A DNA stretch of 64,000 nucleotides from an uncultured Bacilli bacterium (GCA_934101175.1 CAKOQC010000006.1:7292-71291); one strand, 5' to 3'; shown: positions 48,113-59,921, counted from the stretch's first letter. A program made the numbers and translations. Notes: generated by a model not told the origin, from the sequence alone.

Positions 48113-48460
48113 ATGAATAAAAATTTAGAAAGATTTATACCAATATTTAATACTTGGAAAGGACAAGTTGATAAAGTAATGCTTGATAATAACATTGATA
48201 GCATAGTTGCAGAACACGAATTTTACAGCCATTTAGCATTTATTTATGACACTATTAAAGGTGGTAAAACTATTTATGACGCATTTGGCGATAATTTAGA
48301 CGAAAGCGAAGATTACATTGTTAGTTATGATATTATTAATGACTTAATAAATGCTATTGATAATTGCTATTATGTAATTGGAACTCTTGATAATAAAAAA
48401 GTTATGGTTATTGACGATAAAGATAGTTATTATCTTGACGAAACAAAAATAAAACTTTAA
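48113..48460 (+). CDS. Hypothetical protein (115 aa), gene 2 of the cargo operon
   Basis: No recognized motif. Confidence 0.3.
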   Translation: MNKNLERFIPIFNTWKGQVDKVMLDNNIDSIVAEHEFYSHLAFIYDTIKGGKTIYDAFGDNLDESEDYIVSYDIINDLINAIDNCYYVIGTLDNKKVMVIDDKDSYYLDETKIKL

Positions 48461-48514
48461 AACTAAAATACAAAGGTTGTCTTAAAGATAACCTTTTTCT
48501 ATGCTATAATATTA

Positions 48515-49624
48515 TTGGAGGGCTACATTATGGGAAAAAGACATAATACCTTAAGCGACGACATTTTTAGAAACTCTAAATATGTTAAAACACTTGAAAA
48601 AGAACTAGGTATTGATAATTTTAGAAAAGAATATAAAGAACAATACGACATAATGCTAAACATCTATAAGACCTTTATTTTGATTAACAATATTATTTTT
48701 GCTGATAGTAATAAATCAATAAACGATAAAATATTTGAAATAGAACTTGAACTTGAAAAATGTTTATTTGGCTCTGATGATAATGATAGTGAAAAATACC
48801 AATACAGCACTAGAACAATTAAAGGGCTACTAGATAGCAATTCAAGAATATTATTTAATAAGTTTATTGAGTGGTATGACTATTTAATGAATATTAATAA
48901 ATTAGACCAAGTAAAAAAAGATTTTGAAGAATTAATGAATAAATTAGAGTATGTTGGTTTTGATAATGTCATTAAAGGCAAAATTGAGTATAAAAAAAAT
49001 AAAGATAGTAATTACAAAATCTTTATTAGTAAGTTTAATAATTTGTATGTTGAAAATAAGGCATTTTTAGACCAATACAAGCAAGATTATAATAATACTT
49101 ATGGAATTGACTTAAGCGATAATGAAATGCTAGAAATAGCCTTTATTTACGATATGGTGGCTAGTGCTAATAATGGACTTGCTTACTTCTATTCAAGTGA
49201 AGATATTAGTAATTATAACTTAAGTGAAAAATCTAGTTATAAAGATTATTATAGTGCTTATTTAAGTGCTTTAAATATTGATTTTTGCGACAATACTTTA
49301 TTTGAAAAAAATACCGAAATATTTATGCAAAGATGTTTTAAAACAATTAAAAGAATAGAAAAACAAGGTAAAGATGTTTCATTAAATAAGTTTATTGCTA
49401 ACTTTGATTATTATTACTTTAGAGAAAACTTTAGAATAATTGCAAAAAAGCCTAATACTATTAAAATTAAAAATGATTTATTAAATAAAATTGTTAAAGA
49501 TTTAATAGAAATCTATAATTTAATAGAAAATGAGGAAGAAATAGAAAATAACTATCAGTTGGCTTTTGATAAGGTGCAAAATATAATTGATAGAAATAAA
49601 AACTTTTTTGAAAGGTTGAGTTAA
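48515..49624 (+). CDS. Hypothetical protein (369 aa), gene 3 of the cargo operon
   Basis: It has its own RBS and is predicted soluble, with no recognized catalytic motif. Confidence 0.3.
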   Translation: MEGYIMGKRHNTLSDDIFRNSKYVKTLEKELGIDNFRKEYKEQYDIMLNIYKTFILINNIIFADSNKSINDKIFEIELELEKCLFGSDDNDSEKYQYSTRTIKGLLDSNSRILFNKFIEWYDYLMNINKLDQVKKDFEELMNKLEYVGFDNVIKGKIEYKKNKDSNYKIFISKFNNLYVENKAFLDQYKQDYNNTYGIDLSDNEMLEIAFIYDMVASANNGLAYFYSSEDISNYNLSEKSSYKDYYSAYLSALNIDFCDNTLFEKNTEIFMQRCFKTIKRIEKQGKDVSLNKFIANFDYYYFRENFRIIAKKPNTIKIKNDLLNKIVKDLIEIYNLIENEEEIENNYQLAFDKVQNIIDRNKNFFERLS

Positions 49625-49626
49625 TT

Positions 49627-50394
49627 ATGAAATCAGTAAATACAATTAAAGTTATGAACGAAGAACAAAAGATAAAAGATTTAATGAAAGCTGACAAAAG
49701 CCACAATTATTTATTCTATAAAAAGGCTTATTCTTTTGTTGAAAATTATATCTTAAGAAAAATAAAAAGCATAGATATTAAAGAAGTCATACCAAAAGGC
49801 GAAAAAATAAGATCAAGTGTTGAAAAGTTTTATTATGAAGAAATGGAAAGTAATGCTGTAATGCTTACAATATTATTGGCAAGAGTTGATTTTGAGGAAA
49901 ATAAATCACCACTATTATTAAAAGATAATGAGGTAGGCTTTCTTGAAAGTAAAGATTTAAGTATTAAAAAAGATATTGGTAATAGAATATTTGATACCAT
50001 TTATAAAAAATATACTTTTGAAAATAAAGTTGAAGAATATTTTGAAAAGTATTTAATACCTATGCTTAATAAGTTAAATGATAATAAAATAATTACTTAT
50101 GATGTTAATTCCGAAGATAAGGAAATACAATTATTAACTAATAAAACAACTGAACTTGTAAAATTATTTATTAATAATAAAATTGGTAATTGCATTAATT
50201 TTTCATTATTCAAGTATGCTTTTAACGAAGAAGAAACTTATAGATTTAACTTTCTTTATAATGACAATGAAAATGCAAGAAATGATTTTGTTGAGATAGT
50301 GAAAGATTTTTTAGAAAATAATTATAATAAAATGGAATTAAAGACAATGAGTAAAGAAACAATGGAGCAATACATTGAGGCAGTAGAAAAATAA
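49627..50394 (+). CDS. Hypothetical protein (255 aa), gene 4 of the cargo operon
   Basis: It starts 3 nt after the stop of gene 3. No recognized motif. Confidence 0.3.
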   Translation: MKSVNTIKVMNEEQKIKDLMKADKSHNYLFYKKAYSFVENYILRKIKSIDIKEVIPKGEKIRSSVEKFYYEEMESNAVMLTILLARVDFEENKSPLLLKDNEVGFLESKDLSIKKDIGNRIFDTIYKKYTFENKVEEYFEKYLIPMLNKLNDNKIITYDVNSEDKEIQLLTNKTTELVKLFINNKIGNCINFSLFKYAFNEEETYRFNFLYNDNENARNDFVEIVKDFLENNYNKMELKTMSKETMEQYIEAVEK

Positions 50395-50524
50395 AGGCTA
50401 CTACCTTTTTTCTTTGCATTATTTTTTTGGTAATAATAAATAGTGCTTAATTAAATCAATTAAATAGTATTCTAGTTTTAAGCAAAATAAAAGAGTATGT
50501 TTTTTACATACACCTTTTATACAT

Positions 50525-50785
50525 CTATTTTTCTTCTTTTGTTTCTTCTTCTAATTCTTCAAATAATACTTTAATAGGAACTCCTAATACTTTTGAAATG
50601 TGGTATAAAGTATTTAAAGAACAAGTCTTAAATGTATCATTTTCTAAATCGCCAATAAAGTTTTCACTGAAACAACATTTTTCAGCAAGTTGTTTTTGCG
50701 TCCAACCTTTAATTTTTCTTTGCTTTTTTATATTTTTTCCTACCCAATAATAAATGTAGTTATTATCTTCTTTAGATACTTTCAT
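50525..50785 (-). CDS. XRE-family HTH repressor-like protein (86 aa)
   Basis: 'IKKQRKIKGWTQKQLAEKCCFSENFIGDLEN' is an HTH_3 motif. It is divergent from the zinc-ribbon gene cluster. Confidence 0.7.
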   Translation of the reverse strand: MKVSKEDNNYIYYWVGKNIKKQRKIKGWTQKQLAEKCCFSENFIGDLENDTFKTCSLNTLYHISKVLGVPIKVLFEELEEETKEEK

Positions 50786-50853
50786 TTCTCACCACCACAT
50801 TTTAATTATCTTATATATTTTCACAATTTAACTACTCCGAATAGGTGGGGTTA

Positions 50854-50862
50854 TGGTATAAT
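50854..50862 (+). promoter_or_regulatory. Extended -10 promoter (TGgTATAAT) for the zinc-ribbon gene cluster, in the divergent region shared with the XRE repressor
   Basis: 'atggtataat' lies ~20 nt upstream of the RBS 'aaaggagg'. Confidence 0.4.
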
Positions 50863-50882
50863 AGTATAAAGGAGGTATTATT

Positions 50883-51284
50883 ATGGCAATGATTAAATGC
50901 AAAGAGTGTGAAAAAGAAATGAGCGACCACGCAAAAATATGTCCTCATTGTGGTTATGAGAATAGTATAATGTTTTGCCCTGAATGTGATAAACAATTAA
51001 GTAGTAAGGCAAATATGTGCCCTCATTGTGGCTATGTCTTTAAAAATATTAATAATGGTAGTGATAGTTCTAAAGGCGAAAATTATAATATGGCTTTAGC
51101 ATCTCTTATTTGTTCTTTTTTCGGTATTACATCAATAGTTAGTTTAGTTCTTGGAATTATTGTATTAAATGCTAATAAAGGAAAAACAAATAGTGCAAAA
51201 ACAATGGCTACTATATCGGTAATTATAAGTAGTGTTTTTATGTTTATTGTTTTTCTATGGATAGTTGTATCTTTAACCTATTAA
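50883..51284 (+). CDS. Double zinc-ribbon membrane protein (paralogue 1 of 3)
   Basis: 'IKCKECEKEMSDHAKICPHCGYEN...FCPECDKQL..MCPHCGYVF' gives two CxxC..CxxC ribbons. Two TM helices follow. Confidence 0.5.
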   Translation: MAMIKCKECEKEMSDHAKICPHCGYENSIMFCPECDKQLSSKANMCPHCGYVFKNINNGSDSSKGENYNMALASLICSFFGITSIVSLVLGIIVLNANKGKTNSAKTMATISVIISSVFMFIVFLWIVVSLTY

Positions 51285-51301
51285 AAAGGAGTGTGTATTT
51301 T

Positions 51302-51388
51302 GTGAATATTGGTATGATTTTAATTATAGGAATAGTAATAATTCTTATTATAGTATTATTATCTATTTTACTAAAAAAAGAAAAGTAA
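51302..51388 (+). CDS. Candidate small hydrophobic peptide (24-28 aa, single TM, KKEK tail)
   Basis: RBS 'aaggag' lies 10 nt upstream of GTG 51302 (with an in-frame ATG at 51314). It translates as 'VNIGMILIIGIVIILIIVLLSILLKKEK*'. It sits between two paralogous genes. Confidence 0.3.
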   Translation: MNIGMILIIGIVIILIIVLLSILLKKEK

Positions 51389-51399
51389 GGAGTGATAAA

Positions 51400-51924
51400 A
51401 TGGCTTTAATTAAATGCAAAGAGTGTGGAAAAGAAATAAGTGATACATTAAATGTTTGCCCTAATTGTGGTATAGAAATTAAAAAAGCAAATATAATTAA
51501 CAATAATAAAAATAATCATAATCTTTATGGAAAAATAGATATTTTATTATTTATTTTACTAATGATTTATTCATTGATACGCTTATATTACATAATTACT
51601 GGTATAAAAGATTGCATTTTATCTTTAACTACTATAAAAGGTATTTTGATTTCAACAAAAAACTTATTATTGATAGTATCTTTATTATCATTTTTATGGT
51701 TAACATTTTTATATTTTGAAAAAGGAAAAAATAATTACAAGAAATTAGGGTTTATTTCTTTAATGATTTATTGTTTTACAATGGTTTTTAATTATCTTGA
51801 TTTTAAATTTTTTAGTTTATTAGAAATTTTGAATAATATTCTTATATCAATAATTCCAATTGTAATATTAGGTATAATAAGTTTAAGAATAGGAGAAAAA
51901 AATAATGGCGTTAATAAAATGTAA
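51400..51924 (+). CDS. Zinc-ribbon membrane protein (paralogue 2 of 3)
   Basis: 'LIKCKECGKEISDTLNVCPNCGIEI' is followed by four TM helices. Confidence 0.5.
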   Translation: MALIKCKECGKEISDTLNVCPNCGIEIKKANIINNNKNNHNLYGKIDILLFILLMIYSLIRLYYIITGIKDCILSLTTIKGILISTKNLLLIVSLLSFLWLTFLYFEKGKNNYKKLGFISLMIYCFTMVFNYLDFKFFSLLEILNNILISIIPIVILGIISLRIGEKNNGVNKM

Positions 51925-52465
51925 TAAATGTGGTAAAGACATAAGCGATAGTGTAAAAAAATGTCCTCATTGTGGCTTTGACTTAAAAGATAAAGAAAAT
52001 AAAAAGAAGAAAATAACAATAATAATTAGTGTATTAATTGCAGTTCTTTTAATACCAATACTTATAATAATAATTCAAGAAATTAAAGAAAGTAAATATG
52101 AATTGTCAGATGGTAATGCTTATGAAGTTTATGAAATATTAAAAGACCATCAAAACGATTTTAAAAATCCTAGTTCAGTAAGAGTTAAAAATGCTTTTGT
52201 TTGTAATAATGTGTGGGACATTGAGATAGAAGCAAAAAATGGATATGGAAATACTATAACTGCAACATTTTTAAAAGTTGATAATTTATTTTTTGATATG
52301 AATAACATAAGCGATTATTGTGATACAAATGAAAAAAGAATTAAAGCAATTAATTTTCTACTAGAACAAGAAGACTGCATTAAAGAAGGAAAATCAGTTT
52401 ATGTAAATGAAAAAGACATAACTGCTATAAATAATAGATTAGAAAGAGATAATAAAACTAATTAA
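51905..52465 (+). CDS. Zinc-ribbon membrane protein with extracytoplasmic domain (paralogue 3 of 3)
   Basis: 'LIKCNKCGKDISDSVKKCPHCGFDL' is followed by one TM helix and a ~130-aa C-terminal domain. Confidence 0.5.
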   Translation: MALIKCNKCGKDISDSVKKCPHCGFDLKDKENKKKKITIIISVLIAVLLIPILIIIIQEIKESKYELSDGNAYEVYEILKDHQNDFKNPSSVRVKNAFVCNNVWDIEIEAKNGYGNTITATFLKVDNLFFDMNNISDYCDTNEKRIKAINFLLEQEDCIKEGKSVYVNEKDITAINNRLERDNKTN

Positions 52466-52636
52466 GTAAATCTATTAAAGAGGTAGCCACTTAATTTTAA
52501 TATTGTCAAGTTCTCTTTTACTAAACATAGCCCCTATTAGTTGATTATAGTAATAATAATTGACTTATGAGGCTTTTTATTGCCCTATTTGATAGATAAG
52601 TTATTTGTAATAAACATCTCTTAAATACCTCTTAAA

Positions 52637-52670
52637 TTAAGTTATAAGAGGTGTTTTTTTGTGTCTTATA
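52637..52670 (+). terminator. Rho-independent terminator
   Basis: The hairpin is 'acctctta-aattaagtta-taagaggt', followed by 'gttttttt'. Confidence 0.55.
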
Positions 52671-52782
52671 ATTCATTATAGTTAAGTCATAGTTCTTTTA
52701 GTGTAGTTTTAGTTGTAATTATCTTCTTTTAAGTAGAGGGTGGTAATAAAGACACTCTTTAAGATAATGGAGGTATGAAAAA

Positions 52783-52947
52783 ATGAAATATTACACTACA
52801 AAGGAAATTAGTTGTATGTTAGCACTATCAATTAAGACTATTCAAAAATTAGTAAGAGATAAACAAATAGTTGCTTATAGAATTGGTGGACGATATTTAA
52901 TTAAAGAAAGTGATTTAATTGATTACATACAAAATAAAAAAGCATAG
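52783..52947 (+). CDS. Excisionase-family helix-turn-helix DNA-binding protein (54 aa); candidate recombination directionality factor
   Basis: RBS 'ggaggt' is present. The product 'MKYYTTKEISCMLALSIKTIQKLVRDKQIVAYRIGGRYLIKESDLIDYIQNKKA' matches the HTH_17/Xis pattern ('T..E.A..L.vS..TI.rlv..G.l.a.rvGr...I...dL..y'). It is absent from the ORF track. Confidence 0.6.
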   Translation: MKYYTTKEISCMLALSIKTIQKLVRDKQIVAYRIGGRYLIKESDLIDYIQNKKA

Positions 52948-53011
52948 ACTTAACAACAACTATCAAGTCAATTTAAAATTATAATGTAAAAAATAATCTT
53001 GGAGGGAGGAA

Positions 53012-53350
53012 ATGAAAGACAAAATTAAGTTTGAAGATATTTTTGATTTAACTGATATTGAAAAGACATTTGAGCAAACAATAGAATACGACCTTTTAAA
53101 GTTAATGGAAAAATGGGAAAATGAAAAGAAAGACCAACAAAGAAGACAACAAATAATAAACGAGGAAGACGAGCACATAAAGGAAATAGTAAGAAAAGTA
53201 TTAAAAGAAGAATTGCAAAAGATGTTAAATAGTAAAGGCTTGTTTGGAGAAAAGTTTTTTAGAGAGTTAGAATTACAAGGCTTTAGTCGTAATTGTATTG
53301 GCTGTTTGTATGCTGAAAAAAATTATGCTATGGCTAAAAGAGAATATTAG
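53012..53350 (+). CDS. Hypothetical protein (112 aa)
   Basis: It is charged and helical, with a C-terminal 'CIGCLYAEKNY'. Confidence 0.25.
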   Translation: MKDKIKFEDIFDLTDIEKTFEQTIEYDLLKLMEKWENEKKDQQRRQQIINEEDEHIKEIVRKVLKEELQKMLNSKGLFGEKFFRELELQGFSRNCIGCLYAEKNYAMAKREY

Positions 53351-53494
53351 AATAATAGATAAAGATAGAAGAAATTATCTAAATTGCTATTTTACCCTTT
53401 ATTTATAATGTTTTCTTATAAAAATAAAGGTGTCATACTTGCTACCAATAATTATAAACTTGGTAGCATTTAATGACACTTTAAAGGGGGTTTT

Positions 53495-54019
53495 ATGAGT
53501 GATAATAATATTAAATATTTTGTTATAGACGCCGATAGTGGCGAAGTTATAATTGATGTTTATGATAATCAAAGTTTAAGTGTAATTGAAAAAAAGAAAA
53601 CTAATTATCTTAATGCTACCATAGAACTAAATAAAAAAAAGACTTTTGTTAAATGTTATTGTCTTCCCTGTTTGGAACTTGTTAATGTAGATTTAACACC
53701 TTTTGAAAGCAAAATATTATTAGTTATGGTATCTAATTTAGGTTATGGTATTTATAATGGAATAGTTATTAAAAAATGTAATAATAGATTTATGGACTTT
53801 ATGACAAGTAAAGATATTATAGAAATAGCTAAATGTGAAGATAGCACTTTTAAAAGAGCCATAAAAAAGTTTAGAGAATTAGAAATATTGCAAACAAAAA
53901 GAAAGGGAAATAAAAATATTTACATCTTAAACCCCTTTCTATTTGCAAAAGAAAAAAGAATACCTAAAACATTATTTGAAATGTTTAGAAATAGTAAATA
54001 CAATTACTTAAATGAGTAA
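53495..54019 (+). CDS. Putative winged-helix replication/DNA-binding protein (RepL-like)
   Basis: It is 174 aa. The C-terminal 'SKDIIEIAKCEDSTFKRAIKKFRELEILQTKRKGNKNIYILNP' is wHTH-like. The size and context resemble Firmicute RepL initiators. Weak call. Confidence 0.3.
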   Translation: MSDNNIKYFVIDADSGEVIIDVYDNQSLSVIEKKKTNYLNATIELNKKKTFVKCYCLPCLELVNVDLTPFESKILLVMVSNLGYGIYNGIVIKKCNNRFMDFMTSKDIIEIAKCEDSTFKRAIKKFRELEILQTKRKGNKNIYILNPFLFAKEKRIPKTLFEMFRNSKYNYLNE

Positions 54020-54083
54020 ATGCACCACCTATAATAAATAGTATAAATAAAGAGATAAGATTAAAGTTCTTATCTATATTTAA

Positions 54084-54317
54084 TTACTTATTTATTAATT
54101 TATTATAAAGTTTTCTTTCTTCAACATTGTTTTTTTTAAACTCCATAACAAATAAGGTTGTTAATTCTTTTAACTCTTTCTCTAAAAGTTTTCTATCTTT
54201 ATTACTTAATTTATTTTCTTTTAGCATTTGTCTTAACATAACAACTTCAATAAACATATTATTCATATCTTCAGTAATATTAAATCTTAAATCATTTAAT
54301 TTAGTAATTTTTTTCAT
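54084..54317 (-). CDS. Hypothetical small coiled-coil protein (77 aa) at the right end of the inner element
   Basis: ORF only. Confidence 0.2.
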   Translation of the reverse strand: MKKITKLNDLRFNITEDMNNMFIEVVMLRQMLKENKLSNKDRKLLEKELKELTTLFVMEFKKNNVEERKLYNKLINK

Positions 54318-54388
54318 TTTCTATAACTCCTTTATAATTTTATTGTATATCTTAAATGTGCTCCGATATAGATTATATAATACTTTGA

Positions 54389-56191
<1,803 letters not shown>

Positions 56192-56198
56192 TTAAATT

Positions 56199-56552
56199 AT
56201 GAATATTGAATATAAAAAATTTGGAGACTATTTATTACCTAATTTGGTAATAGAAAATCAAAATTATAGAGAAATAAACAAGTATGGGTTATTAAGACTA
56301 GAGTATATTAAAGAACACAAAAAAGGATTATATCAATCACTTTTAATGAAGAACGAACTAACAAACCACCTTCTTTCAGTCAGTATTGAGGCAGAAGAAA
56401 AATTTAAATTTTTAATGGAGAACTATATTAAAAATGATGAAAAACTATCTGAAAAAAGTAAAGAAAATAATCAACTTGAATGGGTAAAATTGATGAATAA
56501 TTATAAAGATACTGCTGAAGAAATTATTCTTAAAGAGTTAATTTATGTCTAA
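56199..56552 (+). CDS. Small protein (117 aa) between recombinase and relaxase
   Basis: Its position is analogous to tnpV in Tn4451-type mobilizable transposons. No sequence motif was recognized. Confidence 0.3.
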   Translation: MNIEYKKFGDYLLPNLVIENQNYREINKYGLLRLEYIKEHKKGLYQSLLMKNELTNHLLSVSIEAEEKFKFLMENYIKNDEKLSEKSKENNQLEWVKLMNNYKDTAEEIILKELIYV

Positions 56553-56617
56553 TGTTGTCATAAGCGAGCAACGGGCTGGTACTCCCACCATCCCAAAAGA
56601 AAGGATATACCATATAA

Positions 56618-57919
56618 ATGGCGACAACATCAATTTGGAGTATTAAGAATAATTTAAAGCAGTCTATAAATTATATTATCAATCCTGAAAAAACTACTAA
56701 TGAAAATTATGGTGAAGTTGACTATGATTATTTAGAAGGTAAAAAAGATTATAATTTCAAAAAAGAAAAAGTTTGTTATGTAAGTACACTAAATTGTGAT
56801 GAAAGTAATCCCTATGATGATATGTGTGATACAAAAGATTATTTTAGAAAAAAAGATGGCATTTTAGCATTTCATGATTATCAATCATTTAAAGAAGGAG
56901 AAGTTACTCCAGATATTGCTCACGAGATAGGTGTTAAGTTTGTTAATGAAATGTTTAAGGATTATGAAGTGGTTGTTGCAACACATCAAAATACTAACCA
57001 TATACACAATCATTTCATAATCAACTCTGTTTCTTGTAAAGATGGTAAGAAGTATAATAACAATAGAACTAATCTGGCTAAGTTAAGAAATATATCTGAT
57101 TCAATATGTGCTGAATATGGTCTATCTGTTTTAGACGAGGATATTGGATATAAAAGCACCTATAATCATAAAGTTATAAATAATGATTATTACAAAACAC
57201 TGAAAGAAGATTTAGATAATTCTATAAGTTATTCAGTAACCTTAAAGCAATTATTTGAAAGAATGAGAAATATTGGTTATAAAGTATATTTTCGTAGTGG
57301 TGTTATAACTATTTATAGAGATGGTGAAGATAAAGTAAGAATAGAAAAAGCATTTGGTGAAGAATACTCAAAAGATAAATTAAATGAAAGATTATACTCA
57401 TCAAGACAAATAGTATTTAAACCTATGTCTCAAAAATCTATCTTTGAAGAATACTGTAAAACTAATAAACCTCATAAAGGTATCTATGGATTATATCTAT
57501 ATTATTGTTATTTATTAGGAGTATTCCCAAAGAAACACCCTAAGCAATACCTTCCTTATTCAATTAGAAAAGAAGTTTACAAATTAGAGCAAACTTCACA
57601 GCAAGTTAGATTCATGCACGAGAATAATATTGTAACAAAAAATGATTTAGATAACTTTGCTAAAAGTAATAATGAACAATTAAGTGAGTTAAAAGGTAAA
57701 AGAGAAAATCTTTGGAAAAGATACCATAGAGCAAAAACTGAAGATAAACAAAATGAAATACTTGCTGAAATAAATGATATCCAGCCTAAAATTAAAGAAC
57801 TTAATAAGTATGATAAGTATTGTAAAGAGATAACCAAACGAGCTGAAGGCATACAAAATAATCTTAATAATTTTGATAAAGATATCCAAAAAGAAAAAGA
57901 CAATTCTAGGTCTATGTGA
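56618..57919 (+). CDS. MobA/MobL-family relaxase (mobilization nuclease)
   Basis: It has an N-terminal relaxase domain with the 'ATHQNTNHIHNHFIINSV' histidine triad (HxH..H) and a Tyr-containing N-terminus 'MATTSIWSIKNNL'. The C-terminus is a coiled coil. Confidence 0.75.
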   Translation: MATTSIWSIKNNLKQSINYIINPEKTTNENYGEVDYDYLEGKKDYNFKKEKVCYVSTLNCDESNPYDDMCDTKDYFRKKDGILAFHDYQSFKEGEVTPDIAHEIGVKFVNEMFKDYEVVVATHQNTNHIHNHFIINSVSCKDGKKYNNNRTNLAKLRNISDSICAEYGLSVLDEDIGYKSTYNHKVINNDYYKTLKEDLDNSISYSVTLKQLFERMRNIGYKVYFRSGVITIYRDGEDKVRIEKAFGEEYSKDKLNERLYSSRQIVFKPMSQKSIFEEYCKTNKPHKGIYGLYLYYCYLLGVFPKKHPKQYLPYSIRKEVYKLEQTSQQVRFMHENNIVTKNDLDNFAKSNNEQLSELKGKRENLWKRYHRAKTEDKQNEILAEINDIQPKIKELNKYDKYCKEITKRAEGIQNNLNNFDKDIQKEKDNSRSM

Positions 57920-57932
57920 CTTAAATTGTCTT

Positions 57933-59921
57933 TTATATTTCGCCAATCAATTTATTAGCTTTTTCATTTTCTTCTTTAGTTATTTTTATTTTATATTTTT
58001 TGCATATAAATTCAACTAACCTATGTGAAAATTTTGCTTTTGGAATCAGTGTATCTAAAATTCCTATTAGACTAAAGACTAAAGAAAATACAGAATAAAA
58101 ATTAATATTATTATTTATAAAAGAAATTATTGATATTACCAGACAACTTATTATAATACTTACCATTAAGGTATAATATATAACATTAGAAATATTATTA
58201 AACTTGTTAACTTTTTTATTTATTTCTATATCTGCATTGTCGATAATATTCTTTTTCATTGATTCAATTTTTATATCTTTTTTTATACTTCTTTCTTTGG
58301 TATCTATTAGTTCATTTTTTGTTTTTCTCAATTCGTCATCTTTATCTTTAATATAGTTTCCAAAATTCTCTTTTGTTACATTATCAGGATTATTTTCGAC
58401 CATTTTAATATAATCACTACAATATTTTAGATAATTTTTAGATAATAGCTGACTTACTCCATCAATATCGCTAATTAATTTATCTCTTTTTATATCTTCC
58501 AAATATTTATTTGCTTTTTCTATTATTTTGGGGTTTGGATCAGTTGCGGCAAGTGCATTTTCAATCAATCTTAATTTTGGTAATTCATTATTTTTAGAAA
58601 AATCCTTAAACCAAAGGAAAGTTGTTAAATCTAAATCATCAATTACCAACCCTATTTCTAAATCATCAATTTCTTTCATAACTTGTTTTGAAGCATATTT
58701 TAAATAATAGAAAGTTGTTACAAAAATATGTGTACAATTTTCTAATTTTGAAAACTTTCTTCCTTTTCTTAACATATTAATTGCACATACAGAATTAACA
58801 TCATTAGTTATTGCTTTACCTTTATTATAACTAATATCTTTATTGTTATAGTATTCTTTTAACTTTTCTTCAAGGCCAGCAACATCAATTACATCTTTAT
58901 ATTTATCTTCTGTATAATCAGGTGTACTAACTATTTTTATTCCTAATTCTTTAAATCTGTTTTCCAAGTTTGAGATAGCCATATCTACTTGTGTTTCAGT
59001 ATATTCTTTTAAATCAAAATATTCTAATGTAGATTCTTGAAAAGTTCCGATATGTTTTTTATAGAAAGTCATAATATTTATTACTTCTAGGTAATTGTGT
59101 TCAAAGCAACATATATTTGCTCTATATTTTTTTAATAAATTAAACAATTCTTGGGCTGAAACATTTTCTTCTTTAGTTTTGTATCCCAAAACCCTCAATA
59201 TAAATGGTGCGTCTAAATAACAATTTAAATTTTTTAATGTTGAAGTATTATCGTTTTCTATTTGCATATATATTACATTAGCAATCATATACCCTTCAAA
59301 TATTTTCAATATTTCATTAAATAATTCAATGTTATCTTTAGATATATTATAAATATATTCTCCAATGCAGTAATTTATATAATCCGATTTAGGATTTATT
59401 GTTTTTATTGATAAAATATTATTATATGTATTATATCCATAACTATCTATAAAGTTAGATAAAGCAATTTTTGTTTCTTCTTTTGTTATTCCTTGTATTT
59501 CATCTATTAAGTGTTCATATATAAAATCAATAACGGTTGACATCTTTTGCTTTGCTTGTCCCAATCTATTTGAAAATAGATTATAATCATCTTTTAAGTC
59601 TTTTTTTAAAATAAATTCATTATTATCACGCATCAAAATATGTTTTCTAGTCATTCTTTTTAAAATAACTTCTAAAATAGCGTGAGGAAAATTATTAAAA
59701 GAAAACTCATTTTTTAATTCTTCAATTATTTGTTCTCTATCAGTTTGGTCATTTATTTTATAATTCTTATAAATAATGTATTTGATAAATGGTGTAATAA
59801 GTTCAATATTATCTTTATGTGTTTCATCCCAAATTGCAGTTAATATTGATGTACTTATTAATGCTGAGTCATTATTCATATAATTATCCTCCCTTCTATT
59901 TTCTAAAAGTGTATTTATCAA
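57933..59921 (-). CDS. Large hypothetical protein (662 aa) with two C-terminal TM helices
   Basis: It is predicted soluble until ~residue 560, then 'VIYYTLMVSIIISCLVISIISF' and 'VFSLVFSLIGILDTLI'. No recognized catalytic motif. Confidence 0.3.
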   Translation of the reverse strand: MINTLLENRREDNYMNNDSALISTSILTAIWDETHKDNIELITPFIKYIIYKNYKINDQTDREQIIEELKNEFSFNNFPHAILEVILKRMTRKHILMRDNNEFILKKDLKDDYNLFSNRLGQAKQKMSTVIDFIYEHLIDEIQGITKEETKIALSNFIDSYGYNTYNNILSIKTINPKSDYINYCIGEYIYNISKDNIELFNEILKIFEGYMIANVIYMQIENDNTSTLKNLNCYLDAPFILRVLGYKTKEENVSAQELFNLLKKYRANICCFEHNYLEVINIMTFYKKHIGTFQESTLEYFDLKEYTETQVDMAISNLENRFKELGIKIVSTPDYTEDKYKDVIDVAGLEEKLKEYYNNKDISYNKGKAITNDVNSVCAINMLRKGRKFSKLENCTHIFVTTFYYLKYASKQVMKEIDDLEIGLVIDDLDLTTFLWFKDFSKNNELPKLRLIENALAATDPNPKIIEKANKYLEDIKRDKLISDIDGVSQLLSKNYLKYCSDYIKMVENNPDNVTKENFGNYIKDKDDELRKTKNELIDTKERSIKKDIKIESMKKNIIDNADIEINKKVNKFNNISNVIYYTLMVSIIISCLVISIISFINNNINFYSVFSLVFSLIGILDTLIPKAKFSHRLVEFICKKYKIKITKEENEKANKLIGEI

